64,000 nt of DNA from a virus. The notes under the pieces were generated by a model. That model had not been told where the DNA came from and ran no database searches. It saw only the letters and a program-made list of their open reading frames with translations. A program made the translations under genes and the position numbers. Below, piece after piece: positions 37,698-45,553 of the stretch; the stretch's first letter is position 1, and the number at the start of each line of letters is the position of its first letter. Location of the stretch: positions 3,390 to 67,389 of the IMG/VR virus record IMGVR_UViG_3300029568_000024. One strand, 5' to 3'.

Positions 37698-38276
37698 ATG
37701 CTTACCCGCAAACAACAACAATTACTTGAGAAACAAAAGCGCATTGAAGAATTAAAGAATAGAGAAGAACGTTACACTTATTTGGGTTTGCTTTCTGATT
37801 ATCAGTTACATCCACCAAGTGTAATACAATCTCTTAGTTACACAAAGCTCAATCCTCATCAACATTTTTTGTTTAAGCGTGTACTACACGGTTTAAACAT
37901 GTACAAAAAAGATGAGATTGAAAGCATGCATTGGGATAAAAAACGCAGGATTAAAAAGGTCTGGCGTAAGGGGCAGGATACTATCAATGAGATGAAGCAA
38001 TATGTTGCTTATGTAAGATCTCAAAAGATATTCTGTCTATTTAAGCACTCTAATATGGGTGTAAATCTTCTCAATGAACCCTTTGAATACATACCTGATT
38101 ATCAGAATAAGCAGTCCTTAAAAGAACTAGGATTGACTTATGAAGATTTGATAATCAAGTTCATTGGCAATGGTCTTCTACCCAGGAATTATTTATCTTT
38201 AAAGTCCAATGGCCATAAGGAAAGTATCAAAGAAGATGGCTCAAATAAACAGAGAGTACTCAAAGCTAAGGCGTGA
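37698..38276 (+). CDS. Conserved hypothetical protein
   Basis: 192 aa basic. Confidence 0.6.
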   Translation: MLTRKQQQLLEKQKRIEELKNREERYTYLGLLSDYQLHPPSVIQSLSYTKLNPHQHFLFKRVLHGLNMYKKDEIESMHWDKKRRIKKVWRKGQDTINEMKQYVAYVRSQKIFCLFKHSNMGVNLLNEPFEYIPDYQNKQSLKELGLTYEDLIIKFIGNGLLPRNYLSLKSNGHKESIKEDGSNKQRVLKAKA

Positions 38277-38484
38277 GTTCTTACTAGATAGATCTGTTTG
38301 TAGAGCTAATATCTATAGGTGTAGTGTACAGGCAACCGATATACATCACATGAAAGGTAGAGGTAAGTATCATTTAGATACCTCTACCTGGTTGCCAGTA
38401 TGTAGATCATGTCATACCTACATAGAAGAGCATCCAGAAGAAGCTATTGAATTAGGTTTTTCACAAAAAAGAAATGATGTCTAA
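38209..38484 (+). CDS. HNH-family nuclease-like protein
   Basis: C..C..ATDIHHMKGRG..WLPVCRSCH. Confidence 0.75.
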   Translation: MAIRKVSKKMAQINREYSKLRREFLLDRSVCRANIYRCSVQATDIHHMKGRGKYHLDTSTWLPVCRSCHTYIEEHPEEAIELGFSQKRNDV

Positions 38485-38520
38485 CGCCATCATTAACGCT
38501 CAATACAAAGCTTAATGATG

Positions 38521-38697
38521 CACCTAAACACCAAAGAGAGATGAAAAATTCAGATTGGAGAAACCTTTAACACCGACAAAGAATAATAATTAACATCAAA
38601 GTCATACAACCCCAATAAATACAGGGCATAAGAGCGAACGTGCTTACTCAGTTTATTAGCAATGTATGCGAAACACTTTTAACACCAAAGAGAGATG
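38521..38697 (+). repeat. Three copies of a leader-like repeat (core AACACC-A-AAGA, two ending AGAGAGATG)
   Basis: 38521..38543, 38560..38586, 38670..38697; a fourth related copy at 45523..45552. Confidence 0.6.
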
Positions 38698-38793
38698 AAT
38701 GATGAAGAAAAAGGTAGGGCTGCGTTTGTTATCAGTATACTAATGATCATATCTTTTATCTTTGGCTTTCTGCTGGGTTCTTACTCAGCATAA
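38695..38793 (+). CDS. 32-aa single-TM peptide (not in track)
   Basis: MNDEEKGRAAFVISILMIISFIFGFLLGSYSA; ATG is the end of repeat copy 3. Confidence 0.5.
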   Translation: MNDEEKGRAAFVISILMIISFIFGFLLGSYSA

Positions 38794-38827
38794 GCACTCA
38801 TAGCTCAATTGGATAGAGCATCAGATT
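38794..38827 (+). tRNA. 5' half of an interrupted tRNA gene
   Basis: GCACTCA TA GCTC AATTGGATA GAGC A TCAGA TT: acceptor 5' strand, D arm, anticodon-stem 5' strand. Confidence 0.8.
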
Positions 38828-38829
38828 AC

Positions 38830-38840
38830 TTGTATATTAT
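38830..38840 (+). promoter_or_regulatory. Late promoter motif TTGTATATTAT in front of the homing endonuclease
   Basis: Exact match to the motif upstream of structural genes; 25 nt before ATG 38865. Confidence 0.65.
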
Positions 38841-38864
38841 TATAAGTCTTTCTATATTTACTGT

Positions 38865-39275
38865 ATGGAACATCATACAAAAACATTAGGAGATTTAGGT
38901 GTATTAAAAGCACAATTGGATTTATTTGAAAAAGGATTTATAGTATCAGTACCACTTACAGAGCATGCACCTTTTGATTTAGTCATTTATAAGGATGGTG
39001 TATGTAAAACCGTTCAGGTTAAATCAAGGAGTGTTACCTCAAGAGGTACTATTGAAATTCAATTCAGAAATGTTTGGAGTGACAGAAATGGTATTCATTC
39101 ATCAGAAGTAGATAAAAATGCAATAGATTTATATTGTGTATATTGTCCTGAAACTGATTTATGTTATTATTTTAATCCATCAAATTTTGATAAATCTATT
39201 ACGCTTAGGATAGAACCACCGAAAAATAATCAATTAACAGGAGTACATTTAGCTTCTGACTATACGGCCCTATAG
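38865..39275 (+). CDS. PD-(D/E)XK homing endonuclease, I-Ssp6803I-like (PF11645-type)
   Basis: LGDLGVLKA..VSVPL..APFDLVI..VQVKS..IDLYCVYCPETD..LRIEPPKNNQ; stop codon lies inside tRNA-Arg. Confidence 0.8.
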   Translation: MEHHTKTLGDLGVLKAQLDLFEKGFIVSVPLTEHAPFDLVIYKDGVCKTVQVKSRSVTSRGTIEIQFRNVWSDRNGIHSSEVDKNAIDLYCVYCPETDLCYYFNPSNFDKSITLRIEPPKNNQLTGVHLASDYTAL

Positions 39276-39339
39276 TTCAACTGAATAGAACAACTCACTT
39301 CTAATGAGTAGGTTCCAGGTTTGAATCCTGGTAGGGTCA
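39266..39339 (+). tRNA. tRNA-Arg(TCT)
   Basis: GGCCCTA/TAGGGTC acceptor, GTTC/GAAC D stem, ACTCA-CTTCTAA-TGAGT anticodon arm, CCAGG-TTTGAAT-CCTGG T arm. Confidence 0.9.
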
Positions 39340-39344
39340 CGATG

Positions 39345-39387
39345 TACAAGCTGAGGGTTCAAGGTTCGAGTCCTTGTGGGTGTACCA
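39345..39387 (+). tRNA. 3' half of the interrupted tRNA gene, with CCA
   Basis: TACAA GCTGA GGGTT CAAGG TTCGAGT CCTTG TGGGTGT A CCA; TGGGTGT pairs with GCACTCA at 38794. Confidence 0.8.
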
Positions 39388-39471
39388 GGCCGGGTGATGA
39401 AATGGTAGACATGAGGGACTTAAAATCCCTTGAGCATTGTGCTCGTGCGGGTTCAAGTCCCGCTCCGGCTA
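39388..39471 (+). tRNA. tRNA-Leu(TAA)
   Basis: GGCCGGG/TCCGGCT acceptor, AGGGA-CTTAAAA-TCCCT, long variable arm GAGCA/TGCTC, GCGGG-TTCAAGT-CCCGC. Confidence 0.92.
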
Positions 39472-39486
39472 CAACTAAATCTTAAT

Positions 39487-40587
39487 ATGGAAACATTATC
39501 ACGTGAAGACGTTCAGAAGCAAGCATTAGATCTGTTGAATCAGAATAAAAGATGCGGCTTAGGTATATCAATGGGTGTTGGTAAGACACGTATTGCTATA
39601 CAACATATACTAAAAAACTATAATCCTCTGCAAAGTTTACTGGTGGTTGTACCTAAGTTATCTATCAAGGAATCTTGGATAGATGAGCTTAATAAGTTAG
39701 AGGTTCATGATAGGTTGATCGAACACATTGAATTTACCACATATCTGTCCCTTAATAAGAAGAACCCTCATGACTATGACACAGTATATCTTGACGAGTG
39801 TCACAGCTTATTAGAATCACACAATACTTTTCTATCTGTATTCAACGGACCTATTATTGGTCTAACTGGTACACCTCCTCGCAGAAGAAGTTCTGAAAAG
39901 TATCGTATGGTAAACAAATATTGTCCCATCAAGTTTGAGTTCTCGGTAGATGAAGCTACAGATAGTAAAATCTTAAATGATTATCTAATCGTAGTGCACA
40001 ATCTTCGTCTGTCAAAACTCAAAACATTCAAGAAGAAGAATAAACAAGGTGGTTTCTGGTTTACGTCAGAACAAAAAGACTATGAGTATTGCACAGAGCG
40101 TGTTATTACAGCTAATACACCTAAGCAAACTCAGTTTGCATCTATCATGCGTATGAGAAGCATTATGTCATACCCTACTAAGGAAGAATATGTCAAGTCA
40201 TTCCTAAAGAGTGTAGACCATAAGTGTATTGTCTTTGCTAATACACAGGATCAAGCTGATAGAATGTGTAGTCATAGTTACCACTCTGGTAATCCTAACT
40301 CTGACCATAACTTAGAACTCTTTAGTGATGGTAGAATAGATAAGCTCTCTTGCGTTCTACAGTTATCTGAGGGTGTAAGTATACCTAATCTAAAAGAAGG
40401 CATTATAATGCATGCCTATGGCAATGAGAGAAAGACATCTCAAAGGATTGGTAGACTACTTAGATTAAATCCGGATGATAGGGCAACCTGTCATATCTTG
40501 TGTTATAAAGACACAATTGATGAGCACTGGGTCAATACAGCTCTCAAGAATTTTGATAGTAACAAAATCAAGTATGTAAATATCTAA
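39487..40587 (+). CDS. Superfamily 2 (DEAD/DEAH-like) helicase
   Basis: True start 39487 (track start overlaps tRNA-Leu); MGVGKT, LDECH, LTGTPP, QRIGRLLR. Confidence 0.85.
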   Translation: METLSREDVQKQALDLLNQNKRCGLGISMGVGKTRIAIQHILKNYNPLQSLLVVVPKLSIKESWIDELNKLEVHDRLIEHIEFTTYLSLNKKNPHDYDTVYLDECHSLLESHNTFLSVFNGPIIGLTGTPPRRRSSEKYRMVNKYCPIKFEFSVDEATDSKILNDYLIVVHNLRLSKLKTFKKKNKQGGFWFTSEQKDYEYCTERVITANTPKQTQFASIMRMRSIMSYPTKEEYVKSFLKSVDHKCIVFANTQDQADRMCSHSYHSGNPNSDHNLELFSDGRIDKLSCVLQLSEGVSIPNLKEGIIMHAYGNERKTSQRIGRLLRLNPDDRATCHILCYKDTIDEHWVNTALKNFDSNKIKYVNI

Positions 40588-40590
40588 ACT

Positions 40591-40767
40591 ATGATCTTAA
40601 AAGATTATGGAATATGGCTCGCTAGTCTTAGTCAAAGAGAACTTAGAGCTGAGAAAGATAATTTGCAATCTATGGTATCTAGCAACAGTGGAATGTCTAA
40701 GGATACTAAAGATGTTTCAAAAGAAAAGCTTAAGATCCTAATGGATTTTATTAGTGCTGAAGTTTAA
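40591..40767 (+). CDS. 58-aa hypothetical protein (not in track)
   Basis: MILKDYGIWLASLSQRELRAEKDNLQ...; fills the gap. Confidence 0.45.
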   Translation: MILKDYGIWLASLSQRELRAEKDNLQSMVSSNSGMSKDTKDVSKEKLKILMDFISAEV

Positions 40768-40784
40768 ACCTTAATTAAAACAAG

Positions 40785-41375
40785 ATGGATAACCTCTTAC
40801 TAAAAAACATAGTCAACAGACATTTTAAAGTAGATCTTGACAACAATAGTAAAGATCCTGTAATCTTTACTGCTCGTAGTGTATACTCTGGTATTGCTAA
40901 ATCTTATTCTTTAAGAGTAACAGAGATAGGTAGATCTATGAATAAGAGTCACTCTTGTGTTGCACGGTATCTTAAAAATGCAGACTATCGTTTGAACAAT
41001 GATCCAGAGTTTACTAAGAAATACAATGATTGTCTCAAGGAATATGAGAACGATATTCCTGCAGATTCTTCAGAGAGATCTTTAAACTCCGAGTTGGCTG
41101 AGCAAAATAATAAATTGCAGAACACCAATAGAGAGCTTAGGACTAAGGTTGCTTATCTAAATACAGTTGTAACTGATCTCGAGAAACATCTTAATTCTAT
41201 GAAACTCAAAGGAGTTTATGGAGACATTGATAGGTTCCGAGATATTATTGACCTGCTTAAAGAGAGAGTAGATAAAGGCCAAGAGAAGGATGCTTATAAC
41301 AGAATCTTGAGAACTCTGAATAGTAGAGGTCTTAAATTTTACAACACTCATACTGATACTTTTAAATCATGGTAG
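40785..41375 (+). CDS. DnaA domain-IV-like HTH plus coiled coil
   Basis: ARSVYSGIA..RVTEIGRSMNKSHSCVARYLK. Confidence 0.55.
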   Translation: MDNLLLKNIVNRHFKVDLDNNSKDPVIFTARSVYSGIAKSYSLRVTEIGRSMNKSHSCVARYLKNADYRLNNDPEFTKKYNDCLKEYENDIPADSSERSLNSELAEQNNKLQNTNRELRTKVAYLNTVVTDLEKHLNSMKLKGVYGDIDRFRDIIDLLKERVDKGQEKDAYNRILRTLNSRGLKFYNTHTDTFKSW

Positions 41376-41719
41376 ATCAAGACACTCGCACACCACTTGA
41401 GATAGTGGAAGAGAAATATCCGGTAACCCTGGAAGCCTTTAGAGATATACAAGCTGAGCAGCTCCAACTCTTTGCTAAAAAGATGTTGGACTATGGCCCC
41501 CGTAATATCACTCTTGGTAGAGATATGTCAGACGCGCATAACAAAACTATGAGCCTGCAGAATATATGGCTCCGTATGAGTGATAAGATGGAGAGGATGC
41601 TGAACTTACTATGGAAACATACAAAGCCTCAGAACGAGCCCATAACAGATAGCTGGCTTGACATCTCTAACTACTCTATCATCTCACTACTTATTCATCG
41701 TAATAAATGGGGAGAGTAA
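41369..41719 (+). CDS. DUF1599 / nucleotide-modification-associated domain protein
   Basis: KMLDYGPRNI..LRMSDKMER..EPITDSWLDISNYSII. Confidence 0.7.
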   Translation: MVDQDTRTPLEIVEEKYPVTLEAFRDIQAEQLQLFAKKMLDYGPRNITLGRDMSDAHNKTMSLQNIWLRMSDKMERMLNLLWKHTKPQNEPITDSWLDISNYSIISLLIHRNKWGE

Positions 41720-41916
41720 TGGGAATGATGAAAAGAGTTTACATGGAAACCTTACAGCAGGAACAAGATGATCCTGCTGTAGAACAGTTCTTTCCTGTAG
41801 AAGAAATATGTCCAAATTGTTTTAATAAACAGCTTCTCCGTACTAAGGATGAAGCATACTGTGAAAGATGTGGACACTCTTTTATTTATGTAAAGGATGA
41901 GATCCGTTATAAGTAG
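41707..41916 (+). CDS. Zn-ribbon protein
   Basis: CPNC...CERCG. Confidence 0.65.
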   Translation: MGRVMGMMKRVYMETLQQEQDDPAVEQFFPVEEICPNCFNKQLLRTKDEAYCERCGHSFIYVKDEIRYK

Positions 41917-41965
41917 ATTATCAGCTAAACTTTCTTATATTAATATATAAGATCTTTATAATCAA

Positions 41966-42109
41966 ATGGAGTCAGTGAAAACATTTTTAGTAGAAGCTCA
42001 GCCTATTCTTTTTACAATAGGCTTAAGCTTATTTATTGCCGCAGCAAGCCTGGTTATTACCGTGTTTGCTTTGCGCAGCATAGCCAAAGAGTCTATGAAT
42101 GAAAAGTGA
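41966..42109 (+). CDS. 47-aa single-TM peptide (not in track)
   Basis: MESVKTFLVEAQPILFTIGLSLFIAAASLVITVFALRSIAKESMNEK. Confidence 0.5.
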   Translation: MESVKTFLVEAQPILFTIGLSLFIAAASLVITVFALRSIAKESMNEK

Positions 42110-42482
42110 TTTCTTTGCTAATGCTATAATCAAGCAAGGTGAAGTTCACTTCCCCATAAAAGCCCAGGAAACAAGATATAAGAACTTTCTTAGTGAGTTC
42201 CCTGATGATACTCGAGTAGAAATATTTGTAAGTTTAAACACAGGTAAGGGTAGTACTGCTCAGCTTGCTAAGATTCATGCTATGTGCAGGGAGATAGCAA
42301 ATGAGATAGGTTACACCTTTGAAGAAACTAAACTACAAGTAAAAAGAAAGGCAGGGCTATGCATTACTAAGAATGGTACAGAGTACTGTAAATCCTTTAG
42401 TAAGTGTGATAGCTCAGAGCTTAGCCTTGTTATACAGGCTTGTATTGAGATTGGAGATTTTAACGGAATGCAATTAAGATAA
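42099..42482 (+). CDS. NinB-like protein
   Basis: STAQLAKIHAMCREIA..FEETK..SFSKCDSSELSLVI. Confidence 0.55.
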   Translation: MKSDFFANAIIKQGEVHFPIKAQETRYKNFLSEFPDDTRVEIFVSLNTGKGSTAQLAKIHAMCREIANEIGYTFEETKLQVKRKAGLCITKNGTEYCKSFSKCDSSELSLVIQACIEIGDFNGMQLR

Positions 42483-42878
42483 TGCGCTCCGCATAGCTTG
42501 GTCAATCTCAGCCATCTTTTTAAATGCTGACTCTTTATCTCCCTCCAGGATTAGCTTGAGTGATTCTTTAAGTTCTTCTTTAGAAACTTTCATCTCAACT
42601 TCCTTATGGAGCTTCTGATCAATAGCATTATACTTGAACATCTGATGCAAAGCGAAGATAGTATACATATGCACCTCAAGAGGAGAGAGTTCTGGTTCTT
42701 TACCACCAATGATCTCCTCAAATTTTCTAAAAGTATCTGGAATTGTCTTAGGGTCCTCAACAAGCTCAGTAATAAAATACATGAGCAGGTTTTCAAGTCC
42801 CATGATAAAGCTAGTATTGACTCTTAGATTCTCAATATCTTTTGAGAAGTCATATGTAATTGTCTTATTTTCTTCCGC
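42474..42878 (-). CDS. Hypothetical protein on the opposite strand of the replication block
   Basis: Likely start MAEENK at 42878; no competing long plus-strand ORF. Confidence 0.55.
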   Translation of the reverse strand, partial: AEENKTITYDFSKDIENLRVNTSFIMGLENLLMYFITELVEDPKTIPDTFRKFEEIIGGKEPELSPLEVHMYTIFALHQMFKYNAIDQKLHKEVEMKVSKEELKESLKLILEGDKESAFKKMAEIDQAMRSALS

Positions 42879-42911
42879 CATGACTAAGTATTTACTCAAA
42901 GATACCACTTT

Positions 42912-43595
42912 ATGATTAACATTCAAGAGAAGAAAGATCACTATGTGTCTTCATTTGGAGACACTGATTGGACTTTCATACATGAATACTTGCAGTCTTC
43001 TAAGTTTGATGATATCATTGTCAAGCTTGTAGAGCAAGTAGAGCAGGGTAATAGATTTACCCCTAAGTATAAGGATATGTTTAACTCATTCCTTGCCTGT
43101 CCTTATAAAGATGTAAATGTTATCTTTGTAGGACAGGATCCATACCCTCAGTTAGATGTAGCTGATGGTATTTCTTTCAGTTGTTCCAAGACTAACAAAG
43201 AACAACCCTCACTGAGATACATATTCAATGAGCTACAAAGACAGTATCCTAATGCTACACGAGATTGTGATTTAAGCAGATGGTCTAAGCAAGGAGTGCT
43301 GATGTTAAATACAGCTCTCACTGTCCAAGTAGGAAAGATTGGATCACACTATAGTATATGGCGGGACTTCAGTCATTATCTCTGCAAAGAGTTAAACAAA
43401 CGGAGTGATTTAATTACAGTTCTTCTTGGTAAGAAAGCTGAAGAGTTTGAAATTATCTTGAAGGACACACAGATTTTAAAAGTTCCACATCCTGCAGCAG
43501 CTGCATATAAAGGTGGTGTTTGGGACTCTAAGAATTTGTTTATAAAAATAAATGAAATGTTAGAAGCACAGAATAAACCTACTATCCAATGGTAA
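42912..43595 (+). CDS. ung: Uracil-DNA glycosylase, family 1
   Basis: VGQDPYP, GISFS, WSKQGVLMLNTALTV, VPHP. Confidence 0.92.
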   Translation: MINIQEKKDHYVSSFGDTDWTFIHEYLQSSKFDDIIVKLVEQVEQGNRFTPKYKDMFNSFLACPYKDVNVIFVGQDPYPQLDVADGISFSCSKTNKEQPSLRYIFNELQRQYPNATRDCDLSRWSKQGVLMLNTALTVQVGKIGSHYSIWRDFSHYLCKELNKRSDLITVLLGKKAEEFEIILKDTQILKVPHPAAAAYKGGVWDSKNLFIKINEMLEAQNKPTIQW

Positions 43596-44089
43596 AACAT
43601 GAAAAGTCTATTGACCTTGTGGATAAGTTCACAAAAGATCTACATGATTTTGTTAAACAGATTAATGATAAGTACGGGTATTCTATAACTTTATCTCTAA
43701 AGCATAAAGACATAGGACCAAAGGTTATTAGTCTTCAAGATCTTCATAGAATTGTCATTGAGGTAGCTGTAGAGCAACATCCTTATATATTAAAGGATAT
43801 GACTTTTAAGACTAGGAAAGAACCAGCTATAACATATCAGCATTACTTTACTCACATTGCATTCTATAAGCTAGGGTATAGTAAAACTGACATTGGTTTA
43901 TATCTTAGCAAGAAGACACACCATACTATCATTCATTCAATCCGAAGATGTGAACAATATCTGCAGGTTGACAAGAAGTTTGTTGGTATCTATAACTTAA
44001 TCCTAAGAAAAATAGAAAGCTATGTGGGAACTATTCCGGAAGATGGATCGCTTAAACCTGAGTCCAAATCAATGTCTTCTACTCTTTAG
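43589..44089 (+). CDS. DnaA domain-IV-like HTH protein
   Basis: TRKEPAITYQHY..GYSKTDIGLYLSKKTHHTIIHSIRR. Confidence 0.65.
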   Translation: MVKHEKSIDLVDKFTKDLHDFVKQINDKYGYSITLSLKHKDIGPKVISLQDLHRIVIEVAVEQHPYILKDMTFKTRKEPAITYQHYFTHIAFYKLGYSKTDIGLYLSKKTHHTIIHSIRRCEQYLQVDKKFVGIYNLILRKIESYVGTIPEDGSLKPESKSMSSTL

Positions 44090-44600
44090 CATACATAATA
44101 AGGTAACTCCTTCTGTCTATACTGAGTTTGATTTAGATGCCTTAAGAAAACAAGGATATCTAAAAGATAATAAGATCACAGCAGAGGGCTCAAAGGTTAT
44201 TAATCAGTTAGATAATTACTTTTCTATAAAGAAAAAGAAAACTACAAATGAGCTTATTGGTGTTGATGGGGTTGCAGCTATTAAGCAGTATCGTGAAATA
44301 TTTCCTACAGGTAAGTTACCTAGTGGAGTACCTGCCCGTAACAATGTAAAGATCTTAACTGAAAACTTTAGATGGTTCTTCAGTGAGTATGATTATACAT
44401 GGGTAGAGATCTTACAAGCTACTCGGATGTATGTAAATGAATATAGAAACAAAGAATATCTCTATATGCAGAATAGCCAATACTTCATATCCAAGCAGGA
44501 TAAGCATAAGGTCAAGACCTCTAAGCTAGCTGACTACTGCGATATGATTCGGGATGGTGTAACTACAGAGGAGGAACACTTTAAAGAGAAAGTAGTATGA
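44022..44600 (+). CDS. Replication-associated protein (possible helicase loader/initiator)
   Basis: Immediately upstream of and coupled to the DnaB-like helicase; N-terminal wHTH-like. Confidence 0.45.
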   Translation: MWELFRKMDRLNLSPNQCLLLFSIHNKVTPSVYTEFDLDALRKQGYLKDNKITAEGSKVINQLDNYFSIKKKKTTNELIGVDGVAAIKQYREIFPTGKLPSGVPARNNVKILTENFRWFFSEYDYTWVEILQATRMYVNEYRNKEYLYMQNSQYFISKQDKHKVKTSKLADYCDMIRDGVTTEEEHFKEKVV

Positions 44601-45553
44601 GTAACACTGAACAGGCTTGGAATGGGCAACATACCGCATTCCAGGATGCTCTTAAGTATATGCTTAATAGGCAAACCGGTAAAGAAAAATCAATCTATAC
44701 CCCATGGCCTAAGTTCAATGATGCTACTACTGATGGTTTAGAGTGGAATACACTTACTGTTATTGGCGGACGACCAGGTGCTGGCAAGACTCTAATGAAA
44801 GATCAGATGGTACGTGAGTCTTTTATTCTTAATCCTGAAGATAACTTTAGAGTATTAGAGTTTCAGTTTGAGATGGTTGGTAGAACTTCTGCTATCAGAG
44901 AGTTTAGTTCTATCACTGGTAAAACTTATAAAGAGTTATGTTCTGCTGGTAGTACGCTAAGCAGTGATGTACTTAATAAGTGTCATCAGTATGCTAAAGA
45001 TAGAGTTAAGTACCCTGTAGATGTCATATCAAAGCCTATGTCTGTTAACCAGATGCGGGATCAAATTGATATGTACATGAACTATCATAAGGGTAAAAAG
45101 ACAATCATCACCTTAGACCATACTATACTTGTTAAGAGAGCACCATATCAACATAGTACATTAGATATGCTCTTTGAGCTAGGTGAGTTCTTTACTCAGT
45201 GTAAGAGAGATTATCCGTGTTTGTTTATTGCTATGTCACAGCTTAATAGGAACATAGACAATCCAGATAGAGCTGTAGACGGCAAGTATGGAAACTATAT
45301 TCTTGAGTCTGACATCTTTGGTTCAGATGCTATGTTACAACATGCTGATACTCTGATTGGTATCAATAGACCGGCTAAGCAGAAGATTAGATTTTACGGC
45401 CCTGATAGATATATCATAGAAGATGACAGAACATTAGTCCTGCACTTCTTAAAAGCACGTAATGGAGATACCCGTATGAGTTTCTTCAAAGCTGCTTTTG
45501 AAAAAATGGAAATACATGAAATGGAAACACCTTTAACACAAGAAAGAAGATGA
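44597..45553 (+). CDS. dnaB: DnaB-like replicative helicase (C-terminal ATPase domain only)
   Basis: GGRPGAGKT, LEFQFEM, ITLDH, MSQLNR, LKARNG. Confidence 0.85.
   Translation: MSNTEQAWNGQHTAFQDALKYMLNRQTGKEKSIYTPWPKFNDATTDGLEWNTLTVIGGRPGAGKTLMKDQMVRESFILNPEDNFRVLEFQFEMVGRTSAIREFSSITGKTYKELCSAGSTLSSDVLNKCHQYAKDRVKYPVDVISKPMSVNQMRDQIDMYMNYHKGKKTIITLDHTILVKRAPYQHSTLDMLFELGEFFTQCKRDYPCLFIAMSQLNRNIDNPDRAVDGKYGNYILESDIFGSDAMLQHADTLIGINRPAKQKIRFYGPDRYIIEDDRTLVLHFLKARNGDTRMSFFKAAFEKMEIHEMETPLTQERR

Noticed and set aside
38828-39344. Functional group I intron in the tRNA
   Set aside because: The boundaries (after T, ending in G) and endonuclease family fit, but outside the ORF and nested tRNA only about 40 nt remain, with no P3-P7 catalytic core. 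The U-G pair of the P1-like helix is one base off the junction that gives a 7-nt loop.
39430-39486. Track N-terminal extension of the SF2 helicase
   Set aside because: Overlaps tRNA-Leu; ATG at 39487 has a normal leader.
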